A DNA stretch of 64,000 nucleotides from the human T2T-CHM13v2.0 reference genome, Homo sapiens, in the NCBI RefSeq assembly GCF_009914755.1, contig NC_060931.1; one strand, 5' to 3'. The translations under genes and the position numbers were made by a program. Below are positions 40,980-53,751 of this stretch, in pieces (within the stretch, counting starts at the first letter, position 1; each line of letters starts with the position of its first letter). Under the pieces are notes generated by a model. That model ran no database searches and had not been told where the DNA came from. It saw only the letters and a program-made list of their open reading frames with translations.

Positions 40980-42275
40980 ACTAGTACATATACTTAATTA
41001 GAATGAAATGCTTAAATCATGCATCATAATGTAGCATGATTTTAGAATTTCATGAAGTGTTTTAGGTTTTTATGTTAAATGTGAACATTAAAGCATAGCT
41101 AAATGTTGATTTAATGCGAGAATTAAAATAGATATAAAGAAAAAAAGAATAGGCCAGATTCGTGAGGAGAATGTCCTCCTTGCTGCTACTTCAATTCCTA
41201 AGTAGGAAAAACACCCTTTTGTAACTACATCTTGTACATATGTATTTTAGTTGAAATGTGTCAGAACATTTTCATTGCAAAACAGGTTAACTAGCTATCT
41301 CTGTAAATATATTAGTTTTTATTTTCCATTTTGTGGTATCTACATTCTAGAACTAAGCCTAGAATTAAGGTGAGAACCAGCCATTATTAAATTTATATTC
41401 TACACCAGACACATCGTATCTTGCATTTTGTCGTTCATTTACTCACCTTCTGTAGATCTGGAAATTATTTCTCCTTCCACCCAATAAATAATAGAGTTTC
41501 CCAAAGCTCACTGAGTGCCTTTGGTTACTCTCTTTAACCACTTGGAGATTTCATATAGTAAATTCAATCCCTACATTTATGGGAATGATTTATGCATTCT
41601 GCTCTGATATATTTAACGAGTATCTTCTATCAGTCAAGCTCATTAAAATTTCTGACATAGAAGCTGCTCTGTCAAGCTTTTCCATTTTCATCAATGGTAC
41701 TGTGATTCTTTCAGGTTTGATAGTTTCAGGAGGCCCTACTTGCAAACATAGATCAATTAAATAAATCATGTATTTTTAAATATTCACTATTCACATGCCA
41801 TTTTGGCTCATTAAAAGGAGTAGAATAGAATTAATTGAAGAATAAGGGAGATCTCTGTAGAAGTTAGGCTTTGTAAGTCTTACATTTTAAAAGGTTTAAA
41901 TGCATGCCATGGGAATATGGAATTGCAGATTGAGACGAGAGAATCAAGGGGCTCTTTTTAGAGAACACACCATTTGATTTGGGGTTATGAAAATGAAGTA
42001 AAATGTTAGTAGCCAGGGGAAAGTGGGAAAAATATTTCAGGTAAAGAGTGGAGTTTCAGCAAAACCCAGAAAATTCAAAGCATCAGGAATATACTGGCTG
42101 GAGCAAGGGGCCATTGATAGGCATTACCAGCAGACAAGATGAGAAAGAAATATTGGAAGTAGGTTGAAGATAGCCTTAATTATTTCCTAAGTAGTTGACT
42201 TTATGAAATAATAATGGGGAGTTAAGAAAGAGAGGGATGTACTACAACATCTTTTACAATCATACCTCTGGCAGT

Positions 42276-43088
42276 TGTCATGGGTTGAATTGTGTTCTTC
42301 ACAAAATATGTTGAAGTCCTCATTCCAGTTCCTATAAATATAATTTTATTTGGAAGAAGGGTCTGTCTTAGTTCTGGCTGGGTGTCATAGTATCATAACT
42401 GGGTACCACATACTGGGCTACTTGAGAAAACAGAAATTTATTTCTCACAGTTCTGGAATCCGGAAGTCTTAGATAAGGGTGCCAGCATGGTCATGTTCTG
42501 GTGGAGGGCTCCCTTCCATGTTGCAGAATTCTGACTTCTTCTGGTGTCCTCACATGGCAGAAGGGGTGAGTTAGTTGCTCTCTGGTCTCCTTTATAAGGG
42601 CACTAATCGCATTTATGAGGGCTTCCCCCTCATGACCTAATTGCCTCCCAAAGGCCCCACTTCCAAATACCACTCACATCCATCAGGGATTAGATTTCAG
42701 CACAGAGATTTTGAGAGGAGATAATATTCAACCCATAACAATGTCTCTGCAGAGGATCAAATTAAAATGAGGTCATTAGTGTGGGTCCTAATCCATTGTG
42801 ACTGGTATTTTAATACAAAGACAAAATTTGACATAGAAATAGATATAACAGGAAATGGTGTGAAGACACAGAGAAAATATCATCTGTAAGCCAAAAAACA
42901 AATGAGGCTACCAGAAACTAGGATTGCTGCATAGAACAGATTCTCCCTCACAAACCTGAGAAGGGGCGAAGGAAGCTGACATTTTGATTTTGTACTTCTA
43001 GAGTCCAGAACTTTGAGACAATAAATTTATTTTGTTCGCGCTCTCAACTTGTAATACTTTATTTTAACATCCCTAGGAAACTAACACA
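42276..43088 (+). mobile_element. MLT1B-like LTR interrupted by an antisense MLT1A-like LTR (42364-42740)
   Basis: Outer 'tgtcatgggttgaattgtg...ctaggaaactaacaca'; inner 'tgtcttag...ttcaacccataaca'; imperfect 5-bp TSD gggtc/atgtc. Confidence 0.75.
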
Positions 43089-43149
43089 GACATCATGTAG
43101 ATCATGGATGTAAGGCTTTGAAACTTGAGGCAGAAAAAACAGGTAAGTA

Positions 43150-43536
43150 CAGTCATGCATCAATTAACAATGAGGATGTGTTCTAAAGAATGCATTTGTA
43201 GGTGACTGTGTCATTATAGGAACATCATAGAGGATACTTAAACAAACTTAGCCTACTACACACCTAGGCTGTATGATATAGCCTATTGCTCCTGGGCTAC
43301 AAACCTGTACAGCATGTTACTGTACTAAATACTGTAGGCAATTGTCACACAATGGTAAATATTTTTGTATCTATACATATCTAAACATAGTAAAGGTACA
43401 GTAAAAATACAGTATTTAATCTTATAAAATGACATTTGTATGTGCAATTTTCTGTCATTGACTTAAACATTATGCAGGGCATAATGTTTGACTAAAACAT
43501 AATCTTTGCCTAAAACAGTTATGCAGGTCATGACTA
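43150..43536. mobile_element. Tigger3-like DNA transposon fossil
   Basis: TA-flanked 'cagtcatgcat...catgacta'; 'gcctactacacacctaggct...gcctattgctcc'. Confidence 0.75.
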
Positions 43537-43549
43537 TAATTGTAATAGA

Positions 43550-44086
43550 ATCCTGAAAAATAATTCAACTTACAATTTTACAGTGGTGCAAAAGTGATAC
43601 ATCTTCAGTAGAAACCTTATTTTGAATTTTGAATTTTTCATCTTTTCCCAGGCTAAGGATGTGTGGTTCCATACTCTCTTGCAATGCCGGGGGGCAGCAA
43701 CTGAAGCTACCAGTCAGGCCACAAGATTATGAGGGTAAACAACTGATATTCTGCAGTGCACTGTATTGCCAGAAGATTTTGCCCAAATGTAGGCTAATGT
43801 AAGCATTCTGAGGTTCCATACTCTCTTGCAATGCTGGGGGGCAGCAGCTGAAGCTACCAGTCAGGCCACAAGATTATGAGGGTAAACAACTGATATTCTG
43901 CAGTGCACTGTATTGCCAGAAGATTTTGCCCAAATGTAGGCTAATGTAAGCATTCTGAACACGTTTAGGGTAGGCTAGTCTAAGCTGTGAAGTTCAGTAG
44001 GTTTGGTATCTTAAATGTATTTTCAGCTTACTGATGGGTTCATCTTTATGATGATGTAATCCTGTCATAAATTGAGAAGTAACTGT
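43550..44086. mobile_element. Tigger2/MER8-like fossil containing a 147-bp tandem duplication
   Basis: 'ttcaacttaca...gtgatacatcttcagtagaaacc' and 'gtaggctaatgtaag'. Confidence 0.7.
43665..43958. repeat. Two near-identical 147-bp tandem copies
   Basis: 43665-43811 and 43812-43958; two mismatches by eye. Confidence 0.93.
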
Positions 44087-44154
44087 AGATTGGGAATAAG
44101 TGAAGATATCACAAGATGTAGGAATGAAAAAGGTGGCCTATATATGAGAAACAT

Positions 44155-44530
44155 TTTTATTTATTTATTTAACTTTTATTTTAAGATCAGGGGTGCAAGC
44201 ATAGGTTTGTTACATAGGTAAACTTGTGTCATGAGGGTACAGATTATTTCATCATTCAGGTATTAAGGCAAGTACCCATTAGTTATTTTTCTGATCCTCT
44301 CCCTCCTCCCACCCTCCACCTTTAAAAGGCCCCATTGTGTGTTTTCCCTTCTATGTGTCCATGTGTTCTCATCATTTAGCCCCCACTTATAAGTGAGAAC
44401 ATGTGGTATTTGGTTTCCCATCCCTATGTTAGTTTTCTAGGGATAATGGCCTCCAGCTCCACTCATGTCACTGCAAGGGACATGATCTTGTTCTTTTTAT
44501 GGCTACATAGTATTCTATGATGTATATGGA
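44155..44530 (-). mobile_element. L1PA/PB 3' end
   Basis: 'cccacttataagtgagaacatgtggtatttgg'. Confidence 0.87.
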
Positions 44531-45061
44531 TCAAACTAGAAAGCTAAAAGTCATTTGTGTGCTTTCTTTCCTTTACTTCCTCCACAATTAATTTACCAAT
44601 AGTCTTATATTCTTCATTAAATTTAAGTAAATTTAATAAATTTGTTTATTTAATAATAAAGAAAATAACTTTTCATTTTCTAATTTGATCCACTTAGTTC
44701 AATGATTAAAAGGTGGCAAAAATGAAACGTTCAGAAGAAATCACCTTGGAATGTGAGAAGAGAAATTATTTTAGAAATGCTTTATTTTGAAGTTACTGTG
44801 AGCTATTTGGTTTGTTGTTTTCAAAGAAACTTGAAAAGAAAAAGAAGATTTTTACTGGACATAGAGATTTGAGTTTCATTAACATCTGAATTAATGAGAT
44901 TGCATAATATGGAGTGAAGTGACAATGGCTGAGGGAAAGGAAAAACAATACTTAAAGGTCAGCTGGTAGAGAAGGGAGTTAAAAAGACTTAAAAGTAGTC
45001 AGCAAATAGGAGAAGTGCTAAGGAAGCCAAAGAAGTAAGAGTTCCAAGACAAATGGAAAGA

Positions 45062-47601
45062 GAAACTATTCCAATCAATAGAAATCCTCCCTAAGTCGTT
45101 TTATGAGGCCAGCATCATCCTGATACCAAAACCTGGCAGAAACACAACAAAAAAAGAAAATTTCAGGCCAATATCCCTAATGAACATTAATGTGAAAATC
45201 CTCAGTAAAATACTGGCAAACCGAATCCAGCAGCACATCAAAAAGCTTATCCACCACAATCAAGTCGGCTTCATCCCTGTGATGCAAGACTGGTTCAACA
45301 CATGCAAATCAAGAAATGTAATCAATCACATAAACAGAACCAATGACAAAAAGATGCAGAAAAGGCCTTCAACAAAATTCAACAGCCCTTCATGCTAAAA
45401 ACTCTCAATAAACTAGGTACTGATGGAATGTATCTCAAAATAATGAGAGCTATTTATGACAAACCCACAGGCAATATCATTACTGAATGGGCAAAAACTG
45501 GAAGCATTCCTTTTGAAAATGGGTACAAGACAAGGATGCCCTCTCTCACCACTCATATTCAACATAGTGTTGGAAGTTCTGGCCAGGGCAATCAGGCAAG
45601 AGAAAGAAATAACGGGTATTCAATTAGGAAAAGAGGAAGTCAAATTGTCTCTGTGTGCAGATGACATGATTGTATTAAGAAAACCCCATCGTCTTGGCCC
45701 AAAATCTCCTTAACCTGATAAGCAACTTCAGCAAAGTCTCAGGATACAAAATCAATGTGCAAAAATCACAAGCATTCCTATACACCATTCACAGACAAAC
45801 AGAGAGCCTAATCATGAGCGAACTCTCATTCAGAATTGCTACAAAGAGAATAAAATACCTAGGAATCCAACTTACAAGGGATGTGAAGGACCTCTTCAAG
45901 GAGAACTACAAACCACTGCTCAATGAAATAAAAGAGGACACAAACAAATGGAAAAATATTCCATGTTCATGGATAGGAAGAATCAATATTGTGAAAATGG
46001 TCATACTGCCCAAAGTAATTTATAGATTCAATGCCATCCCCATCAAGCTACCAATGACTTTCTTCACAGAACTGGAAAAATCTACTTTAAATTTCATATG
46101 GAACCAAAAAAGAGCCTGCATTGCCAAGACAATCCTAAGCAAAAAGAACAAAGTTGGAGGCATCATGCTACCTAACTTCAAACTATGCTACAAGGCTACA
46201 GTAACCAAAGCAGCATGGTACTGGTAAAAAAACAGAGATGTAGACCAATGGAACAGAACAGAGGCCTCAGAAATGACACATCTACAACCATCTGATCTTT
46301 GACAAACCTGACAAAAATAAGCAATGGGGATAGGATGCGCTATTTAATAAATGGTGCTGGGAAAACTGGCTAGCCATAAGTAGAAAGCTGAAACTGGATC
46401 CATTCCTTACACCTTACACAAAAATTAATTCAAGATGGATTAAAGACTTACATGTTAGACCTAAAACCATAAAAACCCTAGAAGAAAACCTAGGCAATAC
46501 CATTCAGGACATAGGCATGGGCAAGGACTTCATGACTAAAGCACCAAAAGCAATGGCAGCGAAAGCCAAAATAGACAAATGGGATCTAATTAAACTAAAG
46601 AGCTTCTGCCCGGGAAAGGAAACTACCATCAGATTGAACAGGCAACCTACAGAATGGGAGAAAATTTTTGCAATCTACCTATCTGATAAAGGACTAATAT
46701 CCAGAATCTACAAAGAACTCAAACAAATTTACAAGAAGAAAACAAACACCCCCATCAAAAAGTGGGCAAAGGATATGAACAGAGACTTCTCAAAAGAAGA
46801 CATCTATGTAGCCAATAGACACATGAAAAAATGCTTATCATCACTGGTCATGAGAGAAATGCAAATCAAAAGCACAATGAGATACCATCTCATGCCAGTT
46901 AGAATGGCAATCATTAAAAAGTCAGGAAACACCAGATGCTGGATATAACATGAAGAAATAGGAACGCTTTTACACGGTTGGTGGGAGTGTAAATTAGTTC
47001 AACCATTGTGGAAGACAGTGTGGCGATTCCTCAAGGATCTAGAACTAGAATTACCATTTGGCCCAGCAATCCCATTACTGCATATATACTCAAAGGATTA
47101 TAAATCATGCTACTATAAAGACACACACACACGTATGTTTATTGCAGCACTATTCACAATAGCAAAGACTTGGAACCAACCCAAATGTCCATCAATGATA
47201 GACTGGATTAAGAAAATGTGGCACATATACACCATGGAACACTACGCAACCATAAAAAAGGATGAGTTCACGTCCTTTGCAGGGACATGGATGAAGCTGG
47301 AAACCATCTTTCTCAGCAAACTATCACAAGGACAGAAAATCAAACACCACATGTTCTCACTCATTGGTGGGAGTTGAACAATGAGATCACTTGGATACAG
47401 GGCAGGGAACGTCACAAACCAGGCCCTGGGCCTGTCAGGTGGGGGGCTGGGGGAGGGATAGCATTAGGAGAAATACCTAATGTAAATGATGAGTTGATGG
47501 GTGCAGCAAACCAACATGACACATGTATACCTATGTATCAAACCTGCACATTGTGCACACGTACCCTAGAACTTAAAGTATAATAATAATAAAACAAAAA
47601 G
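45062..47601 (+). mobile_element. 5'-truncated L1PA (about L1PA5-8): ORF2 RT/C-terminal remnant, 3'UTR and poly(A)
   Basis: [14 protein letters not shown] (for FADD), KYLGIQLT; frameshifts and small deletions; G-rich 3'UTR tract; A tail. Confidence 0.95.
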
Positions 47602-47644
47602 AGTATTGAGGCTTCAGGTATAGAAACAGCCTCAAGTTTTAGCT

Positions 47645-47930
47645 TTGATGATGTTAGCAGCAATGGTGATAATGGGGGATTTGGGAGAGAAAATTCTGTC
47701 TCAAGCACCTCGCTGCTCTACTCCTCTTCCACTCAGGCATTGGCAATGGCAGTGGTGGTGGTGGCATACTGATGATAATGGTGCTGATGATGGTGGAGAT
47801 GGTAGTTATGGTACAGGTGCTGATGGTGGTGGTGGTTATGGTGACGGTGGTAGTAATGGTTGTGATGGTGATACTGATGGTGTTTGTGGCAATGGCAGTG
47901 CTAGAGGTAGAAGCAGTGGTGGTAATAATT
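47645..47930. repeat. Degenerate (TGG/TGA)n low-complexity repeat
   Basis: Seen directly. Confidence 0.9.
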
Positions 47931-49191
47931 AGTGAGTTATGTATGGCCTTAAATTTATCAAAGCATTTTTCCACATTTTTTCATGGTAGAAAAGAAAAAA
48001 AAGTAACAGTAGAGAAGAACAAAATTTAAAGATTTGATATGCATTTTGCTGGATCTATGAGACTTGAAAGTGAGTTGGATATATGAGTTAAAGAAAGAGA
48101 AGACTAAATAATAACTGTAGTTCTTTGGCCTTTTAACTAAAAACACTCAAGTGTTCAGGTAGAAGAGTATGTAAATATTATATAAAATATATGTGTCTAG
48201 TGTGAAATAAATGAAACCTCTGCTTATGGAATTCAAACTTTTTGATCATACAAAAAAAGTTGTTACTAAACACCTATTATAAGTTTGATTTTGTGTCACT
48301 GATTAGGGATTAAAGACATATATGAGATATAGCTCCTACCTAGAAAGGACTCATAAACCTAAGAGATAGTTATATAAATAGCTATCTTGAACTGCAATAG
48401 ATTTTCCTAAAAAAGCATATATAAGGACTTATGAATATCTGACATAGTAACTGCATAATTGTTAAATGTCTTTTGTTCGAGATTTAAACTGGAAACTTCT
48501 TTAGAGAAGGTCATTTTTTTAAACTTCCTTGTTGACCTCACAGTACCAAGAAAAAACTGCAAGACATATAATTATAGTCCAAAATACAGAAGTTTGGAAG
48601 TCTAGAGCTGTATATTCATTTAATAACCAATGTATGCTTTCCAATAGCGATGTAAAGAGCAAATTCTGAGTATAAACTTCTTTGTAAGTGCTTACTTGTT
48701 CTTTTGCAAAGTCCAAAATAATCATCGGGAGAAGAATGGCCTCTTCTTCAACAAAAACACCACAAAACAGTTGGTACCATTAAACACAGTTCCTCCATCT
48801 AGAAAACAAGGTAAATGGCTAATAATAAAAGGCTAAGTAAAAAGGTATGTGTTTTATGTATTAATATTTGGGTAAAACGAAATTTACTTAAGTATTTATA
48901 CTGATTTTTACCATCCTTCCTTAAAAAGTTCTAAATTCTAGTTTAACTCTTTGTTTAAATGGGTTAAAATAAAGCTGTTCAAGACAGTGCCTCTGTATCC
49001 CACTAAGACCAGAACAAGCAGTGCAGGTGTCCTTCAAAACTAGAATGCAGCCAAGTATGCAAATATTCTCTCATGCTGAGAGAGGACATGCAAGTGACCT
49101 GATCCTCTGGCCAACTGGCAATGGCCATGTTGGCAGATTCACTGATTTTTTTTCCTTTTGCTAGAAGGGAAGATAAGAATATTCCTAGATA

Positions 49192-49255
49192 GACACACAC
49201 ACACACAAACACACACACACCCTATATATATAGTGATATATATATGATATATCTG

Positions 49256-49308
<53 letters not shown>
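49192..49308. repeat. (CA)n-(TA)n-(GA)n compound microsatellite
   Basis: Seen directly. Confidence 0.95.
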
Positions 49309-49309
<1 letters not shown>

Positions 49310-50439
49310 TTACATGTATTGCTGCATAGCTTGCTTGTCAATTTTAGTAGAAGAAAGTCCTAAAGTTAATCAGCTTTGGCCTCATTATCACAGTTAGTGG
49401 AAATCATTAGAGTGGGCTGCAGGGAAAACAAGGATAATTTGTCCATCCAAGAAAAGGAATTAAACATTGCAAAATAAAAACCATAACACTGCAGTGTAAT
49501 GGGATGAAAAGACTAAACTGTATAGAAATGTTTTAGATCTAAACAAGAAATGCACAAAGTAACATATTCCTAAATTAAAACTTTTCTTGATTCTTCAAAA
49601 TTCAAGTTAGTTACTTTGTTAAGAACCATGACATTTGTCATGACCTTAAATTTGTGGTTTTAGTATTCTCCATATGTCTTTTTTCTTTTTTCTTAACATT
49701 TAAACTGACTCCTTCATACTTTACTATAAAAGACATTTACAAAACAGATACTCTTTGCAAGAGTTTTAGACAAGTTCGCAGCCTGAAGCGCTGAACTCTA
49801 TTTGCTAGATATATAATGGAATGTTTTAATTTCTAACCTGAAGCAGCTTACCCAAAGATTTAAAATGCTTTGGGGATTAATCTATTGTTCAAAAACGCTT
49901 TTCAGCAGAACCATTTAAGAATGACCCTAATGAATAAATGCAAGGATTTTGTTAGGCCAATCATGTTAACGTAAAAGGCTATTTTTGCATTTGACCCAAC
50001 TCTGACAAATAACCAGTCTTAACTAAACCTCAGTCTTCTTTATTTAAGAAATAATCTTCCTCTACTTAAATACAGTACCTAAGTACTTCTCTCAAATTTA
50101 CAGTTACTCCATAGAATAACATGAAGGCAAACAAATAAATATGTTCGGAGATGAGTTATGATAAGGCAATTAGGCAAAAACCTATAAATATGTGTATCAA
50201 AATCATATAAATGGTTATGCATGAATCTTGGATTAGTCATATTTATCTGGATTTGGGACTGGTCTGGAAGAATGTCTGAATCTTGGATTTCACCTACTTG
50301 GTGTGATAACTTCAGAAAGCCTAGTTATCTCTAAGATTTGTTTTCTCATTTTTATTGTCTTCCTCTGCTTTTCTCTTCCCCACCTTCTTTCCTCTCTCTC
50401 TCCTTCCTTGCATATTATATTGCAGAGAGTTGCACAGTA

Positions 50440-51030
50440 AAATAGATGGTGTATCTGATAATGATAAGTGCTATGTGGAGAAATATAGCAAGGAAAGAGA
50501 TTGAAAGTGCTGAGAAGAAATGTTTGCTATTTTACACTAGGTGATCAAGGAAGTTTTTGCTTATTAAGAAAATGACAAGTGAGCAGACTCAAAGGAATTA
50601 AGGCATAAGGTTTATCAGGCTGTTTGGCAGAAGATCATACTAGAAAGAGGGAGCAATAAAGAAAATCTTTGAGTTAGAGAATGGTTGATGTGTTCAAGAA
50701 AGAGACAGAACTAGTCAATGAAGCTAGAGTGAAGTGAGCTGGGCAGATGATGCCAAAAAGTTAGTTAAAGGATATTGAATTATATGGTACAAAATTAGGT
50801 AGTCATATAGGTTGCTGTGATGACTTTAAGCTATCTGATTCTAATTTAAAATCCAAAGCAAGGTTTTACAAAGGAGAGTGAAATGTTTTAAATGACTCTG
50901 TCTTGCCTCTACACTTAGAACACCCTCTACAGGAGCAAGGCAAAAAATGTGAAAAATGATGATGGTCTAAAATTAAGGTGAAAGCCGTAGAGGTGGTGAG
51001 AATTGATTGGATTATGTTTGCATTTTGAAT
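50440..51030 (+). mobile_element. L2-like fragment
   Basis: 'atgataagtgctatg...tcaaggaag...gaaaatgaca...atggttgatgtgttcaagaa...gatgatggtct'. Confidence 0.5.
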
Positions 51031-51039
51031 GTATTTCTT

Positions 51040-51800
51040 TTTAATAGTTAGATTTTTTGGAGTATTTTCATACTAAAAGATTGAGCAGAAAATACAAACA
51101 TTATCAATATATTCTCTCTCCACATCCTGACAGATTCCCCCATATTGACACCTTGCATTAATATGGTACATTTGTTAAAAATGCTGAAAAAATGATAAAT
51201 CATTATGAAATACAATCCATAATTTAGATTTGTGTTCTAAAGTCTTATGGGTTTTAAAAAGTGTCAACTATGAGAATATCATACACTAATTTGACTGCCC
51301 TAAAAATCCCCTGTAATCCACATATTCTTCACTTCCCCCGAACCCCTGTTAATCACTGATCTTTTAATTGTCCCTGTAGTTTTGCCTTTTCCAAAATGTC
51401 CTATACTTGTAATTATACAGTATGTAACCATTTCGGATAGGCTTCTTTGATTTAGCAATATATATTTAAGTTTCCCCCATATCTTTAAAGAAAAAAAAAG
51501 CAGTGTTATTGAGGTAGAATTGGCGTAAAATAAACTACACATGTGTCAAATATACAATTTGGTAAATTTCTGTCTACCATGTTAACAACTTTTTAGTGTA
51601 CAGTTTAGTAGTATTGAGTAGATTCACGTTGCTGTGCGATGGGTCTCAAGAACTTTTTCATCTTGTAAAACTGATACTCTGTACCCATTAAACAAACTTC
51701 CGATTCCCTCCTCTACCCAGCCCCTGGTAACCACCATTATACTTTCTATTTCTGTGAAGGTGACTACTTTAGATACCTCATAAAAGTGTAATCATGTAGG
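51040..51800 (-). mobile_element. Old L1M 3'-end fragments
   Basis: 'gttttgccttttccaaaatgtc' and 'aactttttcatcttgtaaaactga...cccctggtaaccaccatt'. Confidence 0.7.
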
Positions 51801-53416
51801 ACTTAAGTTGTCTTTCCTGGATATAGAAAATGTCTGGTGTATAATAGGTTCTCAATAAATAAATATTAAGTTGATGGCAATGGCTAATCATGAGGTAATA
51901 ATATTAATAATTATGTATCAAAAGACTTCAAATATTACATAATATAATTTTCAGAGTACTGATACTTAAAAACATCCTTTAAAATTGGAATAAAACTTAA
52001 TTTTTCAAAAATTATAGCAACAGAAAACAAACAAAAAATAAACCAACAACAAAAGAGCAAAATAGGTCAACCCAGTAGCATATTTGTTAATCAAAAAAGT
52101 ATCTTATAAGTACTATTACATATCATCAACCTAATTATTTTACTCATTTTCTTCACTTGTAAACACTGATCTCTATAATGTCAATTAGAAGTTCCTTTCA
52201 CTAATTTTCCTATTATATGAATGACTTTTCCAGTCTCTCTTTAATTTTCAGCTAAGGTGTGTTGCTAGTGGGAATGACATAAATTTTTAAAAGAATGTTA
52301 CAATACAATGGAATTTAGCAAATAAAGTACATATCCAGGGGTCAACATGAAAGTGGCATGAGGTTCTGTAGCACTTTCTTTATGCGATGTGCTCTACCTT
52401 TTATAATTTAATTAGTTGCTGCTATCAGATGACATGTGCATATGAATTTGCTGTCAAGTGCTTAATATTTTTTATTGAAATTCTGATAGAAAACTTACAA
52501 GTGTTTTTTCTCACTAAATGTTTGCTATAAGTTTATGTGCATATTTTCCATACTCACTTCATACATAATTTCATAGTGTGTTGACATTGTAACATATGTT
52601 TCTGAAGGCTAGCTGCAGAGTCATTGTTTATGTATACAGTATTAATACACTCCCACAAATTTTTTAGCTTGTATTAAAGAAAATGACAAAACCTAAACAT
52701 GTGTATTAAAAATTATCTCTGACATTTAAAGTAGGTTCAATAGCTGCAGTGCAGCAATTATTGCAGCCGTATGGAGCCACGGCATGACATGTAGATTTTA
52801 TTTTCAAGTCAGTTGATGCACATACCCAGTGAGCAGTCATACCACCCTTGCTGTAGTCAGAAAATGGAGATTTGTTACAACTAGACTTAAAGAAATCTTT
52901 TCTTTTTTTTTAGGCTATTATTTAATAAGGTTTATGAAATAGGGTTTCATCAGACTGCTCTTCTGTACCTCAACAAAAATAAACTACATACCAACACAAA
53001 ACAAAAGATACAGCAGCATTGCTCTTACTCAGATTTGGCTTGAATGTTACTTTATAGCAATAAATGGCAAGGAATGAAAGAAGATTCTTCCTCATTAAAA
53101 ATGCAAGGAACGCATGGTAGAAAATAATGAAAGGAAGAAAAAATAAATTATTTACTTAATAAAGATAAGAATAGTAAACTATTACTAAAAATTATGAATT
53201 TTTTAAATTTAAAAAAGCAAATAAGTGAAGTACTACAGCATAAAGGTTAATAATCAAAGTTGAAATGATTACCTCCTACTTAATGTGACTTAAGACATGA
53301 AGAATCTGTCAAACAGTTATATTAATAATCCTGTCCCGTAGATATTTTGAAGATTTACTTTAAAATTACATGTGAAATGCTTAAAACAGACTGGGCATGC
53401 GCTACATGCTCATTAA

Positions 53417-53751
<335 letters not shown>

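Noticed and set aside
41440-41470. Minus-strand splice-donor-like 'AAG|GTGAGT' suggesting a hidden exon
   Set aside because: No matching acceptor or recognisable reading frame; such motifs are common by chance.
45062-47601. L1 ORF2 fragments as an active element
   Set aside because: 5'-truncated with no ORF1 or endonuclease; several frameshifts and deletions.
47645-48029. Gly/Asp-, Thr/Ile- and Val/Met-rich ORFs
   Set aside because: They are artefacts of a degenerate (TGG/TGA)n repeat.
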